Positions 55,702 to 64,000 of a stretch of DNA of 64,000 nt are shown piece after piece. The stretch is from an uncultured delta proteobacterium. GTDB lineage: Bacteria > Myxococcota_A > Polyangia > Polyangiales > Houyiibacteriaceae. Position 1 is the first letter of the stretch. Each line of letters starts with the position of its first letter. The DNA lies in assembly GCA_963699755.1 (NCBI GenBank), contig CAVOVB010000002.1, positions 576,001 through 640,000 on the forward strand. Direction: 5' to 3'. The position numbers were made by a program, and so were the translations under genes. The notes under the pieces are model-generated. The model did no database searches. It was not told the origin of the DNA and saw only the letters and a program-made list of their open reading frames with translations.

Positions 55702-56361
55702 GTGAATCAACCGCTGTCCAATGCGTCCAAAACCGAGGAGGCCTCAACCGGTTCCTCCGCAAAGGGCGATCATGACTTGGTACAACGCGTACAAGAAGGA
55801 GATACGGCGGCTTTTCGAGCGCTGTTCGATAAGTATCATCGCCGAGCATTCGCCGTCGCCATGGGTGTCGTCAAGAACGAAGACGACGCCTTGGATGCCG
55901 TCCAAGAGGCGTTCGTCAAGGTCCACAAGAACATACATAAGTTCGAGGGAAGCTCGAGCTTCTACACTTGGCTCTATCGCATCGTTATGAATGTCTCGAT
56001 TGACCACGTTCGACGCACGGGAAGGCGCAAAGACCTGGACTTCGACGAGCGCGCGCTGCATGAGGAAAGCGAGGTCGCGGGGGACGGAGCGCTCGTGCCG
56101 AGTGTGACCAATGCCAACCCGGGCAAGGCGGCCCTTCGCCGCGAGCTCGGAAGCGCGATTCAGGTGGCCCTTCAAGAGCTGCCCGAGCATCATCGGGCGG
56201 TGATAGTGCTTCGAGAGATCGAGGGTATGAGCTATGAAGAAATGGCTGAAGCGCTCGAGGTGCCGAAAGGCACCGTCATGAGTCGCTTGTTTCACGCCAG
56301 AAAGAAGATGCAGACCGCCCTTGCCCCCTATCTTTCGGGGGATGCGGTTTCCGAGGACTAG
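55702..56361 (+). CDS. ECF RNA polymerase sigma factor
   Basis: DALDAVQEAF, FYTWLYRI, LREIEGMSYEEMAEAL..PKGTVMSRLFHAR. Confidence 0.93.
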   Translation: MNQPLSNASKTEEASTGSSAKGDHDLVQRVQEGDTAAFRALFDKYHRRAFAVAMGVVKNEDDALDAVQEAFVKVHKNIHKFEGSSSFYTWLYRIVMNVSIDHVRRTGRRKDLDFDERALHEESEVAGDGALVPSVTNANPGKAALRRELGSAIQVALQELPEHHRAVIVLREIEGMSYEEMAEALEVPKGTVMSRLFHARKKMQTALAPYLSGDAVSED

Positions 56362-56363
56362 TC

Positions 56364-56897
56364 ATGGAGAGCGCGAAAACAGAGGACGAGAAGCTTCAGA
56401 TGTTCTTCGATGGAGAGCTTGCCCCGGAGGACGAGGCCGCGGTGCGCCATAGCCTGGAAGGCTCGCCCGAGGGCAGAGCGCAGGTGCGCGAGTGGGAGCG
56501 GCTGCGCGATGCCATGAAGAGCGTTTCGGCGGACTGGGCCGGGGAGCTCGACTCCGATGCGCTTTTCGCGCGGATCGAGGCCCAGATCATTGCGCCTGTC
56601 ATTCCGATCGATCGGCCGGTGCAGCGGCCTGCCATGCAGCGGGTTCCAGGCCGCCGTGAGCGCCGCGTCTGGGGGGGAGTCGCTACCGGACTCGCCGCCG
56701 CGGCGGCTATCTTCTTGGCGGTCATCGCCTGGCCCGAGAGTGCACCGCAGGGTGGAGATTCGGCAGTGGCGCGCGGCTCGCAGGTGCTGGAGGCCGATTT
56801 CGGCTCCAGCACGGGGACGATCTTCGAGGTCGAGGGCGGCGCTGGGCAATCTTTGGCAGTGGTTTGGATCGACGATGAAGGGGTAGGGCTTCCATGA
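56364..56897 (+). CDS. Anti-sigma factor (single TM)
   Basis: LQMFFDGEL..E...HSL N-terminal ASD-like helix, one TM and a VVWI C-terminus, directly after the ECF sigma gene. Confidence 0.75.
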   Translation: MESAKTEDEKLQMFFDGELAPEDEAAVRHSLEGSPEGRAQVREWERLRDAMKSVSADWAGELDSDALFARIEAQIIAPVIPIDRPVQRPAMQRVPGRRERRVWGGVATGLAAAAAIFLAVIAWPESAPQGGDSAVARGSQVLEADFGSSTGTIFEVEGGAGQSLAVVWIDDEGVGLP

Positions 56898-57397
56898 GTC
56901 TCATTCGACACTTGCTGGTGATATCGGTCTTGTTGGGCGCTTCGACCGCCTTTGGACAGGGCAGCTCCTTGGTGAGATCCGATCGCGTCTCCACGGTTTC
57001 GAACGTGCCAGCAGAGGTCCTGGTCGTCCTGGCCAAAGAGGAGGCGGGCAACATCGATGCCGAGCTGAAGAAGCTGACCGCGCTCCGTCGACCTCCGTTC
57101 AACTCCTTCCGTTCGATGAAGATTTTGTCCCGTCCGAAGCTGACCCTCACCCCCGGCAAGGACGCATTGGTTTCCCTTCCAAACGGCCGCAGGGTGAAGT
57201 TGACCCTCCTGCGAGTGATGCCCGACGGGCGATACAAGGTGAAGGCAGCGATCAACCGTCCGGACAAGTCTGACTATCTGCCGCTCCTTCAAGTCGTCGC
57301 CTCGGCCGGGGATCCATTCTTCGTCGCCGGGCAGACCTATCAAGGTGGGACCCTGGTGGTCGGTGTGACGGTCGACCCGAAGAAGAACGCCGAGTAG
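56894..57397 (+). CDS. Exported hypothetical protein in the ECF operon
   Basis: Signal peptide ending AFG; ATGA overlap with the anti-sigma gene. Confidence 0.65.
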   Translation: MSLIRHLLVISVLLGASTAFGQGSSLVRSDRVSTVSNVPAEVLVVLAKEEAGNIDAELKKLTALRRPPFNSFRSMKILSRPKLTLTPGKDALVSLPNGRRVKLTLLRVMPDGRYKVKAAINRPDKSDYLPLLQVVASAGDPFFVAGQTYQGGTLVVGVTVDPKKNAE

Positions 57398-58090
57398 GTG
57401 CGTGCGGACGACCCAGACGTGATCGAGATCGAGGGACCTCCAGCACTCGCACGACCCGCCGAGATGGTCATCGCCGCCCTCGCCCCCCTTGTTACAACGG
57501 AGCGTCTGCAACGGATCGCCGATGTCGTGAGCGGTCGCACCGATGACCTCGTCCTGGTCCTCGACCGGATTTCTGATCCACACAACTCCAGTGCAGTGTT
57601 GCGCAGCGCAGATGCATTCGGTCTTCAGACGGTGCACGTGATCGTCGGGGCGCATGGATTTCGCGCGTCCCGCGGAGTCTCCAAGGGCGCGCATCGCTGG
57701 TTGGACATCCTGCGATACCGAAGCGCCGAAGCCTGCGCGCGGCGCCTGAAGCGCGACGGCTACACAATCTATGTCGCCGCTATGGGAGGCGACACAGGGC
57801 TCGAAGACTTGCGCAAGATGAAGCGCCTGGCCGTCGTGTTCGGGAACGAGCATGGGGGAGTGTCGCAACAGATGCGAGCCCTCGCGGATGGCAGCTTTTC
57901 GATTCCCATGCGTGGCTTCGTCGAGAGTCTGAACATCTCGGTCGCCGCGGCGATCACCATGCAGACACTGGCCCGGGACGGTCGACCAGGTCTTTCGTCC
58001 ATGCGGCAACGCGAGCTCCAGGCCAGATTCCTAATGAATTCGGTGAAGAACGCGGACCAGGTCATCGAAAAATTCTGCGGGAATGATTGA
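57398..58090 (+). CDS. TrmH/SpoU-family RNA methyltransferase
   Basis: PHNSSAVLRSADAFG, FGNEHGGVS, IPMRGFVESLNISVA. Confidence 0.92.
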   Translation: MRADDPDVIEIEGPPALARPAEMVIAALAPLVTTERLQRIADVVSGRTDDLVLVLDRISDPHNSSAVLRSADAFGLQTVHVIVGAHGFRASRGVSKGAHRWLDILRYRSAEACARRLKRDGYTIYVAAMGGDTGLEDLRKMKRLAVVFGNEHGGVSQQMRALADGSFSIPMRGFVESLNISVAAAITMQTLARDGRPGLSSMRQRELQARFLMNSVKNADQVIEKFCGND

Positions 58091-58160
58091 GCGGGTACGA
58101 CTGTCGTGAATTAGGGGGGAAGGCGCTGGGCAGGGGATGCTATAGGCGCCGGCGGACGAA

Positions 58161-60596
58161 ATGGCTGGGAAGCGAACACAGACAAAGAAGCGCAAGCAAA
58201 CTAAGCGCAAGCCAGCTAAGCGCAAGAAGCCGGGAACCAGCGGACGTGCGCTCTGGCCCAAGCTGATCGGCGGTGCCCTGGTTCTCGGCGCGCTGCTGAT
58301 CTTGGGGGCATACGCCTACTTCAGCCGCGACCTACCATCGGTCAGCGCCTTGCGTGACTACACGCCGCCACAGACTACCCGCGTATACGACCGAAACAAG
58401 AAGGTCATCGGCGAGATTTTCGCGGAGCGCAGGACCGTGATTCCAATGTCTCAGGTACCACGGAACGTGGTGCTCTCGGTCCTCGCAGCCGAGGATGCGG
58501 ATTTCTACGAGCACGAGGGGCTCGACTACCAAGGAATGCTACGGGCAATCTGGCGGGACGTGATTGCGGGTCGTGCCGCGCAGGGAGGCAGCACGATTAC
58601 GCAGCAGGTGGTCAAGCTGATGCTACTGACGCCAGAACGTACCGTGCAGCGAAAGGTACGCGAGCTCATACTCGCCCGACGACTGGAAAACGAGCTCTCG
58701 AAGGACGAGATCCTTCACCTCTACCTCAACCATGTGAACTTCGGGCATGCTCGCTACGGAATTCAGGAAGCAGCGCAGTACTACTTCGCGAAGGACGCGC
58801 GGGATCTGACCTTGGCCGAGTCGGCAATGCTTGCAGGCATTCCGCAAGCGCCCGCGCGCCTTTCGCCCCGACTAAACCTCGACGCTGCGAAACGACGCCA
58901 AGCGTATGTACTCTCGCAACTTCAGGCGAAGCGCGACGTGTACTGGCCCGATTTGAGCGAGGCGGCCATCGCCTCGGCTCGCAAAGAGAAAGCCGAGCTC
59001 GGCCCGTTGCGCGAGGGTTCGGGCAGCGCGCCGGAAGTGTTGGAGATCGCGAAACGCGCGCTTCGCGCCGCGGTGGGAGACGAGGCCCTTGGAAAGGGTG
59101 GCTACGAGGTCTACACCTCGATCGACCTGGCGCTCCAGGTCAAGGCACGTGATGCGCTTCAACGGGGGCTTCGCGCCGTCGACGAGCGACAGGGGTACCG
59201 GGGTCCATTTCGGCGCAAGAAGCGAAGGAGCGGATGGAAAGCAAGCTCGCCAAGCGGTCCGCTTCGAATGGGCCGCACCTATATCGCGCGGGTAATGGGC
59301 GCTGACGACGAGAACGAGAAGATTCGCCTCGATGTTGGAGGTCATTCCGCGGTGCTTCGGATGCGCGACGCAACGCGATACAACCCCGAGAGACGCCCGG
59401 CTTCGGCTTTCGCGAAAATGGGTGACCTCCTGCCAGTCTCAATCACGCAAACGGGTGAGGAAGAGGACCCGGCGATGGCGCGCCTCGAACGCGGACCCGA
59501 GGGCGCCGTGGTCGTGATCGAGCCCCGCTCGCGGGCGGTGCTCGCCTTGGTCGGAGGCTTTGCGGCGAAAACCGGTTTCAATCGGGCGACACAAGCGATC
59601 CGGCAACCGGGCAGTGCCTTCAAGCCGATCGTGTATGCGCGGGCGATTCAGTCGCGGCGATTCACGGCGGCGTCGCTGGTGGTGGACGCGCCGGCGGTGT
59701 ACGACGAGTGGAAGCCGCGCAACTACGAGCAGTGGAACTACCAGGGCGCTGTTCGTTTGCGTCAAGCGCTCGCCCGCTCGATCAACATGGTTGCAATCCG
59801 AGTCGTGGAGGACATCGGCGTTCAGGAAGTGGCGGAGTTTGCAAGGCAAGACGGCATCAGCACCAAACTCGAAGAAGATATGGCTTTGGCGCTGGGGGCG
59901 AGCGGGGTCAAGCCAATCGAGCTCGCGAATGCCTATGCGACTTTCGCGGCAGGCGGGCGCTGGGCACCAACGCGAATCGTGAGCAGGATTGTGGGTCCAG
60001 GGGGGGTGCGGATACCCGTCGAACCAGATGAGCCGGCTCGTGACGTCATGACGCCCAGCGAAGCGTACGTGATGACGAGCATGTTGCGCAGCGTGGTCAC
60101 CGAGGGCACGGGCGCTCCTGCGCAGCGACTCGAGCGCGCTGTGGTTGGCAAGACCGGTACGAGCAACGAGGCGCGAGATGCCTGGTTCGTTGGCTACTCG
60201 CCATCGGTCGTCGCCGGGGTCTGGGTCGGGTTCGACGATCAACGCTCGCTCGGCAAGCGTGAGACCGGCACGAGAACGGCGTTGCCAATCTGGATCGATG
60301 TCATGGCGGCGGCTGATCAAACGCCGAAGGAGACCGACTTCGCCATGCCGAGTGGCGTGATCAGGGCTCGGATCGACCCGGCCTCGGGCCTGCTGGCCTA
60401 TGAGGGGCAGGAAGACGCCTTCGAAGAGGTGTTTCTCGTGGGAACAGCCCCTACCGAAATCGCGAGGTCTCCGGATGTCGCCGACCCAAATCTGTTCCTA
60501 ATGGAGCAATTCGACGAAGAAGGCGAGAGCGATTCGACCCAGTCCGCAAAGTCACCTCGTGAAGAGCGAGTGCTCGGCGGCGTAGCCCCGCCATGA
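58161..60596 (+). CDS. Penicillin-binding protein 1A (transglycosylase/transpeptidase)
   Basis: AEDADFYEH, QGGSTITQQ, RKVRE, RQPGSAFKP, SIN, KTGT. Confidence 0.95.
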   Translation: MAGKRTQTKKRKQTKRKPAKRKKPGTSGRALWPKLIGGALVLGALLILGAYAYFSRDLPSVSALRDYTPPQTTRVYDRNKKVIGEIFAERRTVIPMSQVPRNVVLSVLAAEDADFYEHEGLDYQGMLRAIWRDVIAGRAAQGGSTITQQVVKLMLLTPERTVQRKVRELILARRLENELSKDEILHLYLNHVNFGHARYGIQEAAQYYFAKDARDLTLAESAMLAGIPQAPARLSPRLNLDAAKRRQAYVLSQLQAKRDVYWPDLSEAAIASARKEKAELGPLREGSGSAPEVLEIAKRALRAAVGDEALGKGGYEVYTSIDLALQVKARDALQRGLRAVDERQGYRGPFRRKKRRSGWKASSPSGPLRMGRTYIARVMGADDENEKIRLDVGGHSAVLRMRDATRYNPERRPASAFAKMGDLLPVSITQTGEEEDPAMARLERGPEGAVVVIEPRSRAVLALVGGFAAKTGFNRATQAIRQPGSAFKPIVYARAIQSRRFTAASLVVDAPAVYDEWKPRNYEQWNYQGAVRLRQALARSINMVAIRVVEDIGVQEVAEFARQDGISTKLEEDMALALGASGVKPIELANAYATFAAGGRWAPTRIVSRIVGPGGVRIPVEPDEPARDVMTPSEAYVMTSMLRSVVTEGTGAPAQRLERAVVGKTGTSNEARDAWFVGYSPSVVAGVWVGFDDQRSLGKRETGTRTALPIWIDVMAAADQTPKETDFAMPSGVIRARIDPASGLLAYEGQEDAFEEVFLVGTAPTEIARSPDVADPNLFLMEQFDEEGESDSTQSAKSPREERVLGGVAPP

Positions 60597-62188
60597 ACCG
60601 TTTTGGCACCCGTGTCGTCGTTCTCTTCGCGTTGGCCGCAACCTTTCCCGTCGCACTGACCGCACTGGTCTGGCTCGGCGTTTCTCATTGGGGTACTTCC
60701 AAGACGTCGACGGAAGCGGAGATCGTCCGCCTCCAGTTGCAAGCCCTCGACACGCAGCGCGCGGCGGCGGTCAGCCGCCTTTGCCGAGACGACCTTGCCG
60801 TCGACACGCTGCTCGATGAACGCGGACGAGAGGTACCGCCCACGCTCGACTACGACCGTCTCTTTCGGGGTTCGATGCAAGCGGCTGGGCTGCAGGCACT
60901 GTGGGTGCTCGACTCTCTAAGCGGCGAAATCGTTGCGACCGGTCATCGCCAGCGTAAGCTCGGCGTCGACGGCGCTGAGCTGACGCGCCAGGCGCGAAAC
61001 GCGGGGGATCGGGAGTTCGTGCTGCTCCTGGGTGCCCCGGAGCATCAGAGATTTCTGGTGAGGTCGTGCTCGATCGCTCGCGCTGGGGCGAGGCTGACCC
61101 TGATCGCCGGTCATCGTTTCTCGGATCTTCGTAGCCTCGATCCTGAGCAGCTCGTCATCACCGGAAAAGCCGGCCGGGGGGACGAGCTGGTGGCGGAGCT
61201 CGCGGATGCCGAAGGCGTGGTTCAAAGTGTCTTGGTCTGGCGCCCACGACTCGACCGGCGAGGCCCACCGCTCCTCTTGTGGATCGCCTGCGTCGCCCTG
61301 TTGGCGTTGGGCCTCGCGCTGCTCTTCGGCGGCTATCTCAATCGCTGGCTGCAGTCCTCCGTCGACGAGCTGACGGAGGCGGCGACGAGAGTCGGCCGAG
61401 GCGATTTCAACACGACGCTGCGAGATGGCACGGCTGGAGCGTTTCCCGCCACGGCGACGGCTTTCAACCGGATGACTCATGACCTGCGCGACGCAAGGGA
61501 GCAGCTGCGGCAGACCGAGCGCATCGCCGCATGGCAAGAGATCGCCAAAAGCCTCGCACACGAGCTGAAGAATCCGCTCTCCCCGATTCGTCTTTCCATC
61601 GAAACTCTGCGCAAGGCGCGCGAACGCTCGTACGATGATTTTGATGCCATGTTCGACGAGTCCACGAAGACGATTCTTCAAGAGGTCGAGCGGCTGCGAA
61701 TCATCGTGGACGAGTTCAGTCGATTCGCGCGCCTCCCGGCCCCCCAACTCCGAAACACTGATCTTCGTGAGGTCGTCGCACAGGCAGCGTCGCTGCACGC
61801 AGACGGTGAGGCAAGGCTCAGCACCGATCTTCCCGAAACACCAGTTACCGCGTTCGTCGATGCCGATCAGATCACGCAGGTGCTGCACAACCTGCTCCAG
61901 AACGCTCGGGACGCGGCGACGACGGCGCACCCGAATGGCGGCGGCACGGTGCGATTGAGCCTGACGGAAGAGGCTGGCACGGTTTACATTCGCGTGGAGG
62001 ACAACGGCCCGGGAATCTCGGCCGATCAGACGGAAGCGATCTTCGAGCCTTACTACACGCGCAAGGAAGGCGGCACCGGGCTCGGTTTGGCCATCACGCA
62101 GCGCATCGTGACCGAACATGGGGGGCGCATCGACGTCGAGTCGAAGGTGGGGCGAACGGTCTTCACAGTCGTGCTGCCGCGGCGCTGA
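60593..62188 (+). CDS. HAMP-domain sensor histidine kinase (NtrY-like)
   Basis: Two TMs, HAMP (FNRM), AHELKNPLSP, NLLQNA, DNGPG, GTGLGL. Confidence 0.9.
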   Translation: MNRFGTRVVVLFALAATFPVALTALVWLGVSHWGTSKTSTEAEIVRLQLQALDTQRAAAVSRLCRDDLAVDTLLDERGREVPPTLDYDRLFRGSMQAAGLQALWVLDSLSGEIVATGHRQRKLGVDGAELTRQARNAGDREFVLLLGAPEHQRFLVRSCSIARAGARLTLIAGHRFSDLRSLDPEQLVITGKAGRGDELVAELADAEGVVQSVLVWRPRLDRRGPPLLLWIACVALLALGLALLFGGYLNRWLQSSVDELTEAATRVGRGDFNTTLRDGTAGAFPATATAFNRMTHDLRDAREQLRQTERIAAWQEIAKSLAHELKNPLSPIRLSIETLRKARERSYDDFDAMFDESTKTILQEVERLRIIVDEFSRFARLPAPQLRNTDLREVVAQAASLHADGEARLSTDLPETPVTAFVDADQITQVLHNLLQNARDAATTAHPNGGGTVRLSLTEEAGTVYIRVEDNGPGISADQTEAIFEPYYTRKEGGTGLGLAITQRIVTEHGGRIDVESKVGRTVFTVVLPRR

Positions 62189-62335
62189 CCAATGCTCGAA
62201 CACGAACGCGGACGCAATCCCGCTCCCGAACGCGATGGCTTCAGCGAAGGGAAGCGTCGCCTGTCTAGAACTGGCTACGCCGGTCGCACACCTAGGCATG
62301 GACCGCATCGCTGCTCTCCGCTGATGCGCTTGGCT

Positions 62336-63520
62336 TCACACGGTCGGCAGCGACCCGGACGGCTGCACCCGTGGTTGCGTCAGAATGGGCATGTAGCGCC
62401 AGGCGAAACAAAGGAACCCGAGACACCATGCCGCCGCCGAAACCGTCAACAACGCGCGTGCTCCCGGCCCAATCGTGGCTGCCACCCTGCAAATCGCCGC
62501 AATCGTGATCAGGACGTACGCCGCGGTCAGTAGCGGGTGACTCTCCAAGGGGCGGTTCGTGTGACCCAGCGCAGCGCGACTGGCGACTGCGAGAATCATC
62601 GTCGCGACGGCGCCGCTCGTCAGCGCGTGAATGCCTGCCGTTTGTGGGATCAGTCGCAGCTCCGCGAGGCTCAGGAGCAGGATGCCGAGCGGGAGCCACG
62701 AGAAGGCGATGTGGAGCACCCACACCAACGGCTCGCGACCGGTATGGATGCCTTGCCAGCGCGACAGTCGAACGAACAAGAGCACACTGGTCGGCAAGCC
62801 GAGCGCCGCCGTCCAGCTCGGAGGAGCGTCTACGAGCTGAAGGGTGGCAAAGCTTGCCATCAGCCAGCTCGTCAGGAGATCGAAACGTTCGAACATCGGC
62901 GGCAATCTCACCGGCTGGCGCTCCTGATCCGAGAGGCCCCGTTGCAGCCAGTTTCTCGTGAACGCTGGGATGATTCGGCCGCCGACCAGATTGATGAGCA
63001 TCACGACCAGCCAAAGGCCGGCGAGGAGCGCAGTCATGGTCCAGCCGGCGTTGCGCTTCATTCCCACGAAGAAGAGCACGTTGCTTGCTGCGAGAAGAGC
63101 GAGAATCCAGAGCACCTTGTAGTTGCGCTGATTGCGCGCGCCGATCACCTCGCGGCTCATCAGCAAGAACAGGAGCGCGCTGTAACCAAGATCCGCGACG
63201 ATGGCCACTGGCAGCAGGCTCTGGGACGGCAGAAAGAAGAGGACGCGCGCGATCGACCAAAGGGCGCTGAGAACCACCAAAGGGGGTCCGGAGACGGGCG
63301 AGCGCTTGGTCCAAGTCGCAACGGCCGTCAGGGCGAAGCCCCCTATGGCCGCTCCCGCAAATCCGAAGATCATCTCGTGTGCATGCCACCAGATGGGACT
63401 CCCGAGCATCGTAGGAAACGGCACGTATCCGAGCCAGGCCCCAACCCAGAGCGGTACGACGAGAATCGCGTGGAGGGTGGCAAGGAGAAAGAGTGGACGA
63501 AACGCGTAGCTGAAGAGCAC
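62336..63520 (-). CDS. nnrS: NnrS family membrane protein
   Basis: FRPLFL, WHAHEMIFGF, GFALTAVATWT, GGRIIPAFT, EPLVWVLH, HAL, SRAALGHT. Confidence 0.92.
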   Translation of the reverse strand: MLFSYAFRPLFLLATLHAILVVPLWVGAWLGYVPFPTMLGSPIWWHAHEMIFGFAGAAIGGFALTAVATWTKRSPVSGPPLVVLSALWSIARVLFFLPSQSLLPVAIVADLGYSALLFLLMSREVIGARNQRNYKVLWILALLAASNVLFFVGMKRNAGWTMTALLAGLWLVVMLINLVGGRIIPAFTRNWLQRGLSDQERQPVRLPPMFERFDLLTSWLMASFATLQLVDAPPSWTAALGLPTSVLLFVRLSRWQGIHTGREPLVWVLHIAFSWLPLGILLLSLAELRLIPQTAGIHALTSGAVATMILAVASRAALGHTNRPLESHPLLTAAYVLITIAAICRVAATIGPGARALLTVSAAAWCLGFLCFAWRYMPILTQPRVQPSGSLPTV

Positions 63521-63529
63521 AGTCGCCGC

Positions 63530-64000
63530 CTATTGCGCCTCGATTCCGTAGGACCTCAGCTTTCGCTGCAAGGTCCTCCGGTCGATCCCGAGCGCCGATG
63601 CTGCTTTGGTGATGTTACCATCCATCTCTCCCAGAACGCGCTCGATGTGCTCGCGTTCGACATCCGCGAGGCTCGTCGGGCTTGGCCGCGTGGCACCTGG
63701 CGTCGGAGTCGACTCCCTCGCGTTTCCGAAGACGCTTGCGGCAATCATTCGGCGAACCAAGTCTCCATCGAGCGTATCGGAGATCGAAAACAGCGACGCG
63801 CGACGGAGGACGTTGAGAAGCTCTCGCACATTGCCAGGCCAGTCGTATTCTCTGAGCGCGGCAAGCGAATCAGCGTCGAGCGCGAGGTTGCCCTTGCCGA
63901 GACGCGCAAGCAGATGCGCCGCCAGCGGCTCGAGGTCGTCGAGACGCTCTCGCAGAGGTCGAATCAGCACGGGGAACACCTGCAACCGAAAGTAGAGGTC
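63530..64000 (-). CDS. sigma54-dependent transcriptional regulator, C-terminal part (truncated by the window edge)
   Basis: DLYFRL, LRER, YDWPGNVREL, Fis-type HTH GNITKAASALGIDRRTLQRKL. Confidence 0.93.
   Translation of the reverse strand, partial: DLYFRLQVFPVLIRPLRERLDDLEPLAAHLLARLGKGNLALDADSLAALREYDWPGNVRELLNVLRRASLFSISDTLDGDLVRRMIAASVFGNARESTPTPGATRPSPTSLADVEREHIERVLGEMDGNITKAASALGIDRRTLQRKLRSYGIEAQ

Overview
GC-rich core-chromosome segment. The gene content (PilZ, FHA and Ser/Thr kinase proteins, J-domain/TPR protein, TSP3-repeat outer-membrane protein, multi-domain DsbA, many two-component proteins) points to a myxobacterium-like organism (Myxococcota); this is an inference. It holds about 62 densely packed CDSs: housekeeping genes (murI, coaX, pcnB, nagZ, hflX, ttcA, hisD, cysS, radC, rpmH-rnpA-yidD-yidC-jag, rsmG, a UvrD/PcrA helicase, PBP1A) mixed with signalling and envelope genes. 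There is one tRNA-Pro(CGG) and a probable 6S RNA at about 40188-40380 (minus strand). No CRISPR array, integrase, transposase or prophage was seen. The most interesting candidate system is a small, signal-peptide-bearing, Cys-containing upstream ORF ending in ...RRVERPPR-stop (48247-48603). It is followed by competing RNA hairpins that partly cover the Shine-Dalgarno site of a triple-domain DsbA-like oxidoreductase, which is the layout of an arrest-peptide 'monitoring substrate' that could sense export or disulfide formation. Other notable items: a two-state fold in the 6S-like RNA, a degenerate AblB/YodP-like GNAT-YbjN-PspA operon, two paralogous YkgJ-like proteins with a CxGDGLCC motif, a HisKA-only/full kinase pair, and several apparently leaderless genes. 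All family assignments come from motif recognition by eye; no searches were run.
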